Positions 24,249 to 37,029 of a DNA stretch of 64,000 bases are shown here, piece after piece (the stretch's first letter is position 1; every line of letters begins with the position of its first letter). The DNA is from Azolla caroliniana (taxonomy: Eukaryota; Plantae; Polypodiophyta), in contig JBHGNT010000021.1 in NCBI GenBank assembly GCA_043228905.1, forward strand, positions 12,896,001 through 12,960,000, written 5' to 3'. Made by a program: the position numbers and the translations under genes. The notes below the pieces were generated by a model. It worked only from the letters and a program-made list of their open reading frames with translations. It was not told the origin of the DNA and ran no database searches.

Positions 24249-24829
24249 GTCTATACTTCATCCAAACTCAACGAGAGTGTTATGTTCTTTTTGAAATTTC
24301 CATTGTGTTTCAATTTCTTCTTGACAGGTTGAATCTGAGTTTGCTTATACTAAATTGACTTTTCTCAAGGCAATTCTGTGATTTTTTAAATATGATTTTG
24401 CACATACATGTACACATGTCACCATGAGTTTGATGTGGATTAAGGTAGCGAGCCCATTAGTGTGATGGGTTGTGTTTAGATCTCTATCTAAGAGAAGGAA
24501 AATTGATTTTTCAAGTCGATTAAATTGGAGGAGAAAGAAAGAAAGATATTGTGAAATGCACATAAGAGATCAAAACTAGCCTAGTTAGCTTCTTACATCT
24601 TACTCAATTTATAGTTCATACAAAGGTACCCATTTGGGTTGGCTTAGCTAAAAAGGGTGTGCTAAAAGGGTGGGTCGGCTTAGGTATATGCATCCTAAAA
24701 AGGGTGTGCTAAAAAGGGCGGCACGAAGGAACACATGCACACCACAATATATTAACGTCTTTTAAGAGGCCAAAATGACCTATAAGAAAGACCAAATAAG
24801 AGATTACATATTAATTGTTGTCTCATCTT

Positions 24830-25337
24830 TGGGAACAACAAATCAAAATAAAATAAATATTACTCCGTAAACATAAAAGTAAATAAGATAAAAGGAGATG
24901 AAGGAAACTGGTTTTCTGCACATGTGAGATTCTCAAGTTAGATATATTGTAACTTTTGTCTTTGAAAGATCTCTAGCATAGGTCGATCCAGAATGGAAAG
25001 GTCTCTGAAGCGGGGGAAACACCTGTGATGGCGGGAGATAATGGCTTTTATCGGTCGATGACAAGGGTGTTGAGGTCGTGGTCCATGGGGTCAAGGCTTA
25101 CGTGCACGACAAATTGCTATTGCCCGATCAATTGTAACCCCTTTGTTATATCCTGGTTGAGAGCCCATTTGTGTATCCCTTGATTGGCTTGTAGCATTAA
25201 TATGAGTGGTGGGGCTAAAGAAAGTTGTGATTGTTCTTTCTGGATGAGCTTGTGTGGCTTTATTCTTCAACAACCTCCTCATATTCCATTACCTTGTGTA
25301 GCAGGACAAAGCCTTGTTTAAAGAGGCAATGGTATCT
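24830..25337 (-). mobile_element. 3' end of a non-LTR retrotransposon (continuation of the 30385-31410 LINE)
   Basis: 25205-25337 repeats 30385-30519, the LINE C-terminal coding end. The left boundary is approximate. Confidence 0.55.
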
Positions 25338-25349
25338 CGATATGATTCT

Positions 25350-25716
25350 TGTTAAGTGGAAGAGATGTGAGTTATGTGTGTGTATGAGAGAGTGAGAGAG
25401 AGTGAGAGAGACAAGGAGTAAGACACAGAGAATACGCAAGGTAGAGTATATTAACAAAGGAGAAAAACTTAACTTGATACAAGGTGGGAGGAGGGTGCTT
25501 TATATATTCACCCTCTCTCTTCATTAACTACAAGACTCATGGAGCATGGGGAATGTGAAAGCTCATAAGTTATGTGTCATAGAATATGATTCTATGACTC
25601 ATACTAAATGCTAGAATACAAACAGGAGACATAATGGTGACTCTTGACCGTTGGAGTGTCTATTCACTCTCAAGGTGAGTTCACATACTAGACCAAGTTG
25701 AGCTTGATTCTCAACA
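25350..25716 (-). mobile_element. Copia LTR copy (no matching TSD)
   Basis: Minus strand reads TGTTGAGAATCAAGCTCAAC...CTTAACA; paralog of 26036-26411. Confidence 0.85.
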
Positions 25717-26035
25717 CTCATAGCTGATCCCATAATTGTTTATCTGGTACATGTGGGATCCCAACATAGTCGCAATGTTGGAGATATTCGTCAGCTTTTT
25801 TTAACTTTGCTTCCGCCTGTTGGAGTCGGGCCGACAACTCGTCATTGTTCTTCTGGGCTGCCGATTAAGGGCATTTATTTGTCTGTCCTTGGCATCCAGC
25901 AGGGCCCCAAGTTCTATCTCTCAATCAATTTGATTCTTCATTTTCTAAAAAAATTCTTCGGTTTTTTTCTACCCTCCGATTGACGCATTCAACTTCTTTC
26001 TCCGTTGCTCATTGTAAAGAATCGAGTATGATTCT

Positions 26036-28652
26036 TGTGTAGCAGAAGAGATATGAGTTATGTGTGTGTATGAGAGAGAGAGTGTGTGAGTGAGAGAGAG
26101 AGAGACAAGGAATAAGCCACAGAGAATATGCAAGGTAAAAGTATATTAAGAAAGGAGAAAGACTCAACGTTATACAAGGTGGGAGGAGGGTGCTTTATAT
26201 AGTCACCCTCTCTCTTCATTAACTACAAGACTCATGGAGCATGGGGAATGTGAAAGCTCATAAGTTATGTGTCATAGAATATGATTCTATGACTCATACT
26301 AAATGCTAGAATACAAACAGGAGACATAATGGTGACTCTTGACCGTTGGAGTGTCTATTCACTCTCAAGGTGAGTTCACACACTAGACCAAGTTGAGCTT
26401 GATTCTCAACACGCCCCCTCAAGCTCAAGTCGGGTCGGTTTCATACGGTATCCGAAATCCGCTTCGACTCGCGTTCCAAAGTCCTCGTCGACTCGCATTT
26501 ATGCGGAGTTACGGAATCCGTGCTCCAACATGCGTTGTGCGTAGTTGTGAAGTTTGTGCTTCAGCTTGCGTATTTCTTCGCGGCTTTGCACGATAGATCA
26601 GCTCTTCGTTGCGCGATTGCATAATCCATGCGTTATTGCGTAGTGTGCGCGGTTTGCGAAATCCACACGTTATTGTGTAATGTCTTCAGTACTCCCCCTC
26701 AAGCTTGGCAAGTTAGGGATCGTCAATCCGAGATCGGTCATGAATTGCCATAGCTTGTTGGCTCCTAAGGCTTTAGTGAAGATGTCGGCCGTTTGAAGAT
26801 TGGTGCTAATGTGTTGTAGGTCGACATCGACAGCTCGAACGCGCTCTCGAATGAAGTGATAGTGCACTTCAATGTGCTTTGTCCGCGCGTGGAACACCGG
26901 GTTTCGAGTGAGATAGATACAGGTCATGTTGTTGCAGTAAAGGGAAGTCGGATCCTTGATGGGTACGCCCAAATCCTTGAGTATCCTTTTGAGCCATACG
27001 GCTGCACATGCGGCCATTGCCGCGCCCCTGTATTCCACCTCTGTGCTCGAAAGAGTGACGGTTGGTTGCTTTTTGCTGCTCCAGGATATTGCTCTGCTGC
27101 CGAGGGAGAAAACAAATCCGGAGGTTGATCTTCTATCAGCTTTGAAGCCGACCCAATCGGCGTCTGTGTACCCTCGAGTCGTATTGGCATCGCGGTCTTG
27201 TAGAGGATGCCACAATCCATTGTGCCGCTCACATATCGTAGAACTCGCTTAACGCAATCCAAATGAGTATCACGCAGTGTTTGCATGAATTGACTAAGGA
27301 GACTGACCGGATAACTGAGATCGGGTCGAGTGATCGTGAGGTAGATGAGACTCCCGATGAGTTGCCGATACTGAGTCGGCTCACACGCTTTAGTGCCGGA
27401 GTTCACATCCAGTTTGAGATTGCGATCGAGCGGGGTTGTCGCGGATTTGCACTCAGCCATACCGAACTTCTATAACAAGTTGAGGATGTAGTGCCATTGA
27501 GAGATCATGATTCTGGCCGGAGTCCAAATTACCTCGATGTTGAGGAAGTAGTGGAGCTCCTTCATTTCTGTCATCTCGAACTTGTTGGAAAGGAGGGATT
27601 TGACCTTATTGATTTCGACGAGATGCTCACCTCCAATGACTAGGTCATCCACATATAAGATGATGACGAACGGACTTGCGGAATCACTTCATATGTAGAG
27701 GGAGTTGTCCAATTTTGACATACGGAAGCCGATTTGATGAAGATATTGCGTTATCTTCGAATGCCAAGCACGCGGTGCTTGCTTGAGGCCGTAGAGTGGC
27801 TTCTTGAGTCGGCATACAACTTTCGGATGGGTGCTCGAGTTGAAGCCGGTGGTTGTATCATGTACACCTCTTCTAATTCGCCTTGTAGAAAGGCGTTCTT
27901 GATGTCCATTCGATGGAGGTGCCACCCTTTCACTGCGGCAAGCGCAATTACAGTCCATATTGTCATCATCTTTGCCACTAGGGCAAAGGTTTCTTCGTAA
28001 TCGATGCAATGCGTTTGAGCGTATCCTTTCACTACGAGTCGCGCTTTGTAGCGGTTGACGGAACCGTCGGCATTGTGCTTCACTTTGTAAATCCATCTGC
28101 ATCCGATCGCCTTTTTGTGCGGTGAGGTGGGAACGAGATCCCACATCTCGTTCTTCCGTAGTGCCTGCATCTCCTCGTTCATGGCTTCGATCCATCGCGG
28201 ATCCTTGGCTGCTTCGGAAAAAGTTTTCGGCTCGCGTACTGTCGCCACCTTCATCATAAAGGCATAGTGATATGCCATGTAGTCGTTGTCGCCGAATCGG
28301 CTGACCGGATTCTTTTCACGGGTGGAGCGACGGAGCTTTTCATTTGCAGAGATGAGGGCTTTCTTAGCTCCGATTGGTACATCGAAGCCGCCGAACTCAC
28401 TGTCGAGTGAGTGAGTCAACTCATCGTCGTCGAAGCGATCGTCTTCGTATTCCGCCATTTTCGCCTTGCCTTTGTCCATCTGCGGGCTAGGTCGTGATGT
28501 GCTTTGATCACTCAAAGGCTCTTGTGGTCTGCTCAGTCGGGTCGTGAGTGGACTTTCTTCGAACATGCGCGTAAAGCGATCTTCATCCTCTATCTCTTGT
28601 TCGGCGGATTCCGTGTCGAGCGGAGTCGAAGTCGAAGTTGTCTCTGGTGCGT
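26036..28652 (-). mobile_element. Copia 3' half (RT, RNase H, PPT, 3' LTR 26036-26411), degenerate
   Basis: [35 protein letters not shown] and [24 protein letters not shown] lies next to the LTR. Confidence 0.9.
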
Positions 28653-30384
28653 TGTCGCGTTGTTACGCGTGTGCATGGAGAACGAGACGAGACCACGGGG
28701 GCCTTGGACCAAGAAATAACCGAAAGAGAAGAGGGGAAGGAAACCACCGATGTACTTCACACACGCACAAACACACAGATTCACAGGAGTTGAACAATGG
28801 AGACAGAACGAATGAACATGTATAAATAAACCAAGGAGTTACAACCGGCAAGCCGGCGAGTGATAGGCTCCGACGCCTGCACACACCACACACATAGAAC
28901 GCGAGATGGAGACTCTGCCGGAAGCACTCGGGCGTTCCGCGGAGTAGAGTCAGCCTCCCGAAAACCTGCACAAAACGACTATGGAGATGACAGAGGAGAA
29001 GAGCTAGGCTCCAATCCGGCAGCACTTCGTCCTCCACAAAACACGATATATTTTACAATACCTCTCTCTCTCTTTTATATCCCAAGGAGGGAGGCCGTTA
29101 CCACCCGTTACATCATGTTTATTCCCTGTCCTTTCGGACAGGGATACGCCTCGATTTTCTCCCTAATGAATGCGTGCTACCTAGGATTTCACCTCAGCCG
29201 ACTTGAACCTATCAACGTAATATACAACAAAACTTGTGCCCATGTGTAAGGGCCGGTTTACGCACGTTATACCCGGTTTTCGCGTAGGGACGATTTTCTC
29301 CGTGGCATCCGCCTCCACCTAACCGCGCATCCAGTGGTATGCGCCAAAATTAGACTCTCACCGGAGAAGACCGGCCCACGCTTATCCTTCGTCTTCCGGA
29401 TCGACATCCATTCCGAGCCGGTCGTTGTCGCTATCCAAGTCGTCCGGGTCCAGTTCAGCCTCATGCCGCTTTTTGAATGCTTTGATCCTTTTCCCCGCCA
29501 CCGGTACCGCCATCCTTGTCCCGTCGAGCTCCGCGAGATGGTGGGTCCCATTGTCGTTGGCACTTGTCACCACATAAGGCCCGAACCACCTTCTTGCAAA
29601 CTTCTGCGTTGCCCTGTGCTGGTTGTCGAGGCTGCTATCATACACTAAAACCCAGTTGCCTTCCTCGATCTTCTTCGGTCTCAATCGGTGAGTCCGGTTG
29701 AATTGTCCTTTGTTCTTTACCCTCGCCACCCGTAGCTTCTCCGCGGCTCGGTCCACGCCCTCTGGTCTTCGCTCCAGCTGCCGAATCCATGCCGCTAACA
29801 GCTCCTCCTTGCTCATCTCGTCTTTCCAGTCCACCGTGGCCCATGAGGAGATTGTCTGCTCCGTTGGCATGATCGGCTTCTACCCGTACATTAGCTCTGC
29901 CAGCATGAACCCGGTTACCGAACTGTGCGTAGTTCGGTCCGCCCACAACGCATAGGGTAAGAGCCACGGCCAGTTCCCGACCTGGCCTCCACACGCCTGT
30001 ACTAACGCTTTGACGATCGGCCCGTGTCCGCGTTCCACCTTCCCGTTAGCCTCCGGATTGTATGCTGTGGTGAGCAAGAGTTTAATCCCTAGCCGGTCAA
30101 ACAACTCTTCCGCCTCTTGCGCGTCCAATTCTCCGCGGTCAGCAACGATCTTACCTACGCACCCGTACCGGTATACCACTTCTTCGATCAGAAATTGGCA
30201 CACGGCCGAGGTCGTTTTGTTCTACAACGCTCGGCCTTCCACCTGGTTCGTCAGGTCCTCCCGAGCCAACACCAAATACCGCATCTGCCCTACCCCCATC
30301 GACATTGTCACTAGATCCACCATCCACTTGAAGTGGACGGTCAGAGGGTAAGGCGGGTGAAGCTCATCCCGATGTCGGACTATG
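28653..30384 (-). mobile_element. Gypsy G3 (same family as G1/G2): 3' LTR 28653-29307 plus truncated integrase
   Basis: The LTR terminus matches the family, and the integrase ORFs at 29382-30203 are paralogous to 2777-3802. Confidence 0.9.
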
Positions 30385-31410
30385 GAGTGATGGGGCTAAA
30401 GAAAGTTGTGATTGTTCTTTGTGGATGAGCTTGTGTGGCTTTATTCTTCAACAACTTCCTCATTTTCCATTACCTTGTGTAGCAGGACAAAGCCTTGTTT
30501 AAAGAGGCAATGGTATCTCCCTCTGATTTCTTAAAAGACACTACAGTGACAAACATAGTGTTCTTTGGATTCCACTCCTTGATGACACAATTCGCAAATT
30601 CTTTCTTTTAGAGGTATTCGTGTATATCTACCTACCTCAATGTGTAACTGATGTGATGAAATTCGTAGGTGCCCTATCACACTGCGCAACGCATAGGATA
30701 GATGTATGTCCATATAAGGTGGCCTGATAATGAATCCATCCTTCGATGTGTGTAAGAAGTGTGTCTTATAGTGGGCCATCTTCGTACCAAGTAATATATT
30801 TGGGGCTAATCCATGCTATCTTGTTTTCCAAGTTAATAATATCATTTCGAATCACTCTATTCTTCTCTATGTCGTTCATATTTAGATGGGGACAATCCAA
30901 GCTATATTGGAACGGGGGTAGTGCATCTATACTCATGCCACATGACCCGAACCATTTCTGCATTTCATCATACCAACAATGAATGTCTCCTATTTCAACC
31001 AGTTGTCTTGGTGACATAAGTGCGAACCTTGGGTACCTTCGTTTGGGGAGCTCCCAAAGACGTTGGATAAATGTCATTGATTGGAACTATGCCTCGGTGA
31101 TTGTAGGTGCTGCTCCCATCTCTACCTGGATTATATCGTGGGGCACCGATGCTTTGCTCCTTATCATGCGGGCAATCATTGACACTAAAGGTCTCTCTAA
31201 ATCTTTCCAATGATTTGCCTAATAAGACTCGGTCCCCATGTTTCTACTCCATAGAGAAGAGTTGGTGTGACAAGTGTATCAAATAACCATAGCTTAGTTC
31301 GTGGCTCTTATCTCTCGAGAGCACCAAGGGATGCATATCCATGAGAAAGTCGGGCCCAAGCAGCCTCCGAACCTAGACCCTATAGATGTTACTCCTAGGT
31401 ATGTGTAGGA
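30385..31410 (-). mobile_element. 5'-truncated LINE (RT C-terminus plus Cys/His tail; RTE-X/CR1-like)
   Basis: YTYLGV near 31340-31350, then LFDTLVTPTLLYGVETWG and LRISSHQLHIEVGRY..R..CELC..VESKEHYVCHC. Confidence 0.75.
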
Positions 31411-34172
31411 GAGGCAGAAGCACTTTTTTGTGTCATAGCATCTGGACTAGTTCTAAAGCAAGTATATGAGTTCATAATCTCCTAATGCTTGTCAAACAAC
31501 TGAACAAACCAATACCAAAAATGGAAGTTCACCACTTTTTGTGTCTCATTGAGAGGGGGTTTGAGAATTCACAATTAGCTCATTGTCGCCATGAAAGAAG
31601 GCATTAAGACAGCAGAGGAGAGGGTCAAAGCAGTCTGTCTAGATCACTATAAATTGGGCTCAATACCAGTTTTGTAAATAATGGATAGTATTAGAAAGAT
31701 TGGCTCTCTCCCTCCCAAACTTTTGTCTTGATTTAGGGTAAAATGCATTTTAAGTCTTCGTATGATACACTTAGAATGTGTTAACTGTTCCTTTTTGTCC
31801 CATATTTACTTAACTGTGCTAAAATAGTTATAACACACTACATTTTACTAAGCTGATGAAGTACTTAGCCTCTCCTCTGTCAGTACTTCTATTTCCATAC
31901 ATCAGTTTTCTCGTATTGCGTGGTTTGTGTTCTGCTTTTATTCTTGGTGTTAGTATTTTGGGCTGATGAATTTAGATTTACTCTTTAAGAGATTATTCTC
32001 TACAGCTTTTTAGAGTTGTATACACTGTGTGGAGTTAATTATAGCCTTTCAGATCTTATTTTTTAAGTTGGGCATGTGATTAATTACACATAATTTTCTG
32101 TTTAGATTAAGACATCAGAAAAATGTGATTTCTCAATTATCCATGGATTCTCATGTCATTTAAGTTTTCCAGTGTCTCTCATGTCAAATTTAACATACTT
32201 TCTATGGAAAAGGAAACTATAAGAGGATCATAAAAAGGAAGCTTAGCCTGCTTATTTGGCACTCAAGATTAAATATTTGTCCATTGGATTTTGTTTGTAC
32301 ATGGATATGGTACCTTTTATATGATGTTTTTAAGGTTTTAGCTTAACTTCTCCAGGATCCAACCTTTGAGAGAGTAACTATGTGAATAGGGATGTTCTCA
32401 TAAGGACATTCTTGCACTATTTCTCCTTAATATTATTCATAAACATCTTCCTCTTTTCCACATACTTAATGTATATCTCTCTTTTCCTTGAAGATCTGGA
32501 TTGGGAAGAGTTTATTGATTTGCGATTTGTCGTGACACATATTATATCATTGACGACCAAAAGAAGTTTTACGATTGCTTGATGTGTTGATGAAATGAAC
32601 CCATGGTAGAATCAAAACATGAGGCTGCACTTCTTTCATGTTATAGTGCATATTCACTATTTAATGCACTAATGACACATTGTACCCATGTAATTGAGAA
32701 AATTTGCAAGAAGCTATGCTACTCTTGGTTTTTCCACATTGTTTTCGATTTCTTCTTCCAACAATTCTCTTGATGATTTGCATTAAATGAGGCATTTTCG
32801 GTACCTCAATGATTTAGCATTCAGTAGAGAAGTTCTATTAATTCTTGGGACATCAAATTATATTAATTCTAATTCCTTACAAAGGCTATGGTGACTGGTT
32901 TCGTCATGTAGAGTGCAAATCACTTGATGATATATTGATCCTTTTTCTTATGTAATTGCTTGAAGATATGATATTACACCCATCCCTAATCTCAATTTTG
33001 TTTGTGACTAATTGGTCCTTTGACTCACTCATTGTTAGGACACATAATGAAACATTATTAACATGTCAAAAATGTATAACTCAATTGAGTTGTTCAAAGA
33101 GAATGGCTAATGTTTCATTATTGTTTTCTAGCCATATTTAAATTGTGCTAGACTTGATTCATTGTGCTTGAACATATTTCGATTGTTTCTTCTTTATCCT
33201 TCTAAAGGCCATCTCCATAACTCATACCATACCATTGAAGTTTGGATTCCTCATCTTGATCTCCACCTTCCAAAGACCATCTCCACAACGTATAATTGTA
33301 GATTCATAAGAGTATATAGTACGATAATAAATCAATGTAACATGTCTTCAAGAATAATCATGGTGATAAGCACTTGAGTCTAAATCTCAAGTTAGTAGTA
33401 GTAGTTAATGACAAACCTATATGATTGATCTTCTCCTTAATATTATCACCCTTCCCTTATTGGAGCGAATGGCTGAATGCATCAGACTCACGACTTGAGT
33501 TTCAGTATATGAACCGGGAAAACAAATTTAAAGTCATGAATAACCTCTAAGTACCACGCCTTAGTGTAATAATAATAGAACTAACAACCTCACCTTGTCC
33601 CAGCCATGGGTGCCAGTCGATGTACTTGGGGGATATAGTATATGCACATGATCTTTGCTTATGAACTCGACAAACATGATGATCCCATCCATCCATCCAA
33701 ATGTGATATCTGAGTTTATAATCATTGTCTTGGAGGCCGCTTTCCATCAAGTATTGTGGCTCTCTTGTGGAAACCCCCCATTCCACAATCGCTTGGCACG
33801 GAAAAACCAAAGTGTTTAAGATCGATTTCTTGCATCTCTCAGTTACATTTGCACAATGTATCGTTAGAGTTGCGGTTTTTAACAATTATGCACAATGACA
33901 ATAAGATGTCTTCGCGCTTTGGATTCTATGTTAGTTCATTCCGATGACAAAATCAAACAATTGCGAAAGTTGTTCCAGTCATGGTCATATTATGTCACAA
34001 AGGTGAACAACATTCAATCAACTCCATCTCCATAGCACACAATTACCATATCCGTGACCTATAGTAATTTTATTGGAGAGGTTTAGATTCCTCCCAGATA
34101 TCCTCTCTATATATAACATACAATTATATTCCAAATCTTCTCCGGATTCTATTATTTGGTGTCAAAAAGCAT

Positions 34173-34267
34173 AAAAGCTCGGAATTGGGTGCAACTACAT
34201 CTTCATGTGTAATCAAGCTACAATCACAGGTAGGCTATGCTGTTGTGCACCATGAATCTTCATTGCT
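34173..34267 (-). ncRNA. Candidate Pol III box C/D-like small RNA, copy A (~94 nt)
   Basis: AGCA-ATGAAGA (C-like), TTGA (D'), ATGAAGA (C'), CCGA (D-like), then GC-TTTT. Terminal stem AGC/GCT, upstream USE+TATA, and a paralog at 41435-41533. Confidence 0.55.
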
Positions 34268-34290
34268 GAGTTAAGTCAGCATTCCTGTGG

Positions 34291-34334
34291 TTATTTATAA
34301 GCTTTATTTAGTGTGAGACTTTTGAATGTGGGAT
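34291..34334 (-). promoter_or_regulatory. snRNA-type (type 3) promoter: USE ATCCCACAT plus TATAAAT
   Basis: USE at 34334-34326 and TATA starting at 34299. The 35-nt offset is close to that of the U6 gene here (33) and matches Pol III-type spacing. Confidence 0.65.
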
Positions 34335-35879
34335 AAGTTAAATCCTTGTTATGAGTTAGGGAGCTATTTTATGTATGCCAATCTATGTGAATGCTTGCAT
34401 TCCACTCCCCACCTGAAAAAGATGTGAATGTTATTTGTGGTTCATAATCAGGACCTAAGCCTAAAGCTCTTAAGCTTGTTTTACCTTATCTCTTGCATAC
34501 TTAGAATGGGAAAGGAAGAAACCATATACATATGTAAGTTGGATACATTTTATAAAGAGAAGAGACATTATTGAACAGGAGGATCGTAAAGTTATTACAC
34601 CTTGATCCAAAACCGGTAATATGATTTTCAATTTGCTCAATAGTTGTGGTCACTTGGAAAACTAGTGATGTGCATTGATTAATATTTACTAATGATTAGA
34701 GGTTTTGTCATCACATTGCTAATGATTTTGAAGGAGTTTACCTAGGAGGACAATTAACAAGATAAATAACACATTCTACCATTCATCATCCATTACTCGA
34801 AGGTACTTTGAATAAGAAACCCACTCCGAATAACATTAATCATCGTACCAAAACCTCATCATCACAACCTTTGTCCAAGAACTCGTCATCATATAATATT
34901 GCTACGAAACAAATATGATCGTATGCAAGTTATTTATAATAAACTACAAAAAGAATTTAATGTAAAATACACCAACAACTTTTGTTTATCTTTAAAACCA
35001 TGGGACAAAGTCTAGAAAACTATTCACTATCAGCGGATAAAAATGTTCAACAAGGTTTCACTACAGATAGACTACAATGTTATGGAAAAGAGAGAAAAAA
35101 ATCCTCAAATTCTTTAGCTCAACAAAGCAAAATTAACCACCAAAAACTTGATTGCACGTAGCTAGTGATGGAGACAATGATGCCCAATGTGTTGTCGTTT
35201 AGTTGTTGCACAAGAAGGCATTGATGGATGAAGCGAACAAGATCGAATCTTGCTCTCAATCTTCATTTTGCACACCTTCGAATATTTGCCCATCCCCTCT
35301 TTGTGACCTTGTTCGCACTCTATAAAAATAATAACATGTAGGTGTCCATGCCCCATTTACACACATAAAGTGTTACCAAAACCACTAACAATTTCCCCCT
35401 CCAACAACATTATAAGAAGATTATAGAAAAACTAGCCTTCCTATAATTACAAAAATACAGATGATGCATAACAAAAAATTCTCTTGCAACTCTAGAAGAA
35501 TCCATTTCATTCATTCAATATGTTTGGACGGATTAATTAGACAAATAAATGAGTTAAACTAACTTTGTAATGTAAATTAAGTTTATGCTAAAAAAATTAT
35601 TCATGTTGCATGAGCATCTATGAACTAATATATGTTTAATTTAACATATTCTCTCCCATGGGGTCAAAGTTTTTGTTCTTCTTTCCCATGGGGTAAAAGT
35701 TGGGTTGGCCATTTTCTTTTTTTTCTTCTTTTTTTCCCTAAAGAGATACACCTCGGTATTATAAAATCATAAGAAATACAAAAGTTGTGTTGGATAAAGG
35801 AGTATACCAACCGACTCCATTGTGCTCACATCATAGCCGATTTGATGTGTATATACAAGAACTACACATATTTGTACAC

Positions 35880-36030
35880 CATATCTCCAAGATTTTTATG
35901 GTCTACTCCTCCCAAACTACAACTGAGCATGTATCATATCTCCAAGATTTTTACTCCTCCCAAACTACAACTGAGCATGTATCATATCTCCAAGATTTTT
36001 ACTCCTCCCAAACTACAACTGAGCATGTAT
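35880..36030. repeat. 48-bp tandem repeat, ~3 copies
   Basis: Unit CATATCTCCAAGATTTTTACTCCTCCCAAACTACAACTGAGCATGTAT. Confidence 0.9.
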
Positions 36031-36594
36031 TGTAACCTATACCACCACCATCTATAGCATGGGCATACATACATATGCATGGACCATGGGTGTGTGTGTC
36101 ATGGAGTGGAGAAGAGATCTTGTGGTCTTATTTATAGCTAGAATTGTAGGGTGGTTCCAATGAGGCTAACTTGCTAAGCCATTGAACTTAGGTCAAAGCT
36201 CGCTTTGGGCATGGCCCTACTGGTCGCAAAACTATACGATTCCCCACGTGACCCAAGTGCATTGGGTTCTTCATCAATCCAATCACTGCATTATTATCAC
36301 ATTATATATGACAGTTACATTTTAACCATCGTAATGTTTCGATATTATGATCGTGTGAATGTTCACGTTATTCGTGACAACCACACACGTTTCTCTAAGT
36401 GTCATCGTTATTGTTTATCGCACCACACACGTGATAGTTATGCACAACCAAAAAAGAGGGCAACCATGCATCATGGTTAGGCCTGAATGAGCTTGCAAGT
36501 GGACTAAGGATTATCACCTATAGGGATTTGAGGATCTTGATATTCTCAAACCCACTCCAACTCAACTTCAATCTTTTGTGTAATCTTGTGGACC

Positions 36595-36875
36595 TAGGAA
36601 TCGCTAACGGCTTGGCTCAAGCCTAAACCGAACTATTAAACCATTTTTAAACAGTTCGGTGGTTTGGTTTAGGCTTGAGCTTCCTTAACCGGTTTGAGCT
36701 TAGTTTGGGATGGCTCAAGCCGAACCAAACCGATTTGGGCCAAGCCGGTTAAGGCTTAATCGGCTTGGCTAAACCGTTTTAGGTTTGTAAACTCCCAAAC
36801 CGGTTTAGGCTTAACCAATTTGGTTTGGACAAGGCCAAATTGGTTAAGCCAAAACCAAACCGCTATCAACTCCTA
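36595..36875. mobile_element. Non-autonomous TIR element (TAGG...CCTA ends, AAACCG/CGGTTT subterminal motifs; hAT-like MITE)
   Basis: Imperfect TIR TAGGAATCGCTAACGGCTTGG vs TAGGAGTTGATAGCGGTTTGG. Flanks are CTTGTGGACC and CTTGTGGTCC. Confidence 0.7.
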
Positions 36876-37029
36876 CTTGTGGTCCTAGTTCTTCTTCGTT
36901 ATAATAAAATTATTTTTCTTTATTTTCCTTTTCCTAAAACATATTGCGTTTTGTTTCAACCTTTGAGAAATAGGAAGATAATACCCTCTCTTTTTTCCTT
37001 GAGCAATCTTCCCAAACTTTATTTTCTAC

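Noticed and set aside
25751-25760. USE-like ATCCCACAT on the minus strand
   Set aside because: No TATA at the expected distance.
33673-33716. AAAC-ATGATGA...CTGA-GTTT mini C/D motif on the plus strand
   Set aside because: Only ~46 nt and filled with (CCAT)n; too short for a eukaryotic snoRNA, with no promoter.
34173-34267. Telomerase RNA, U3, MRP or 7SL as the identity of the USE/TATA transcripts
   Set aside because: Too short, with no CTAAACCCT template and no U3 box A or SRP/MRP motifs recognised.
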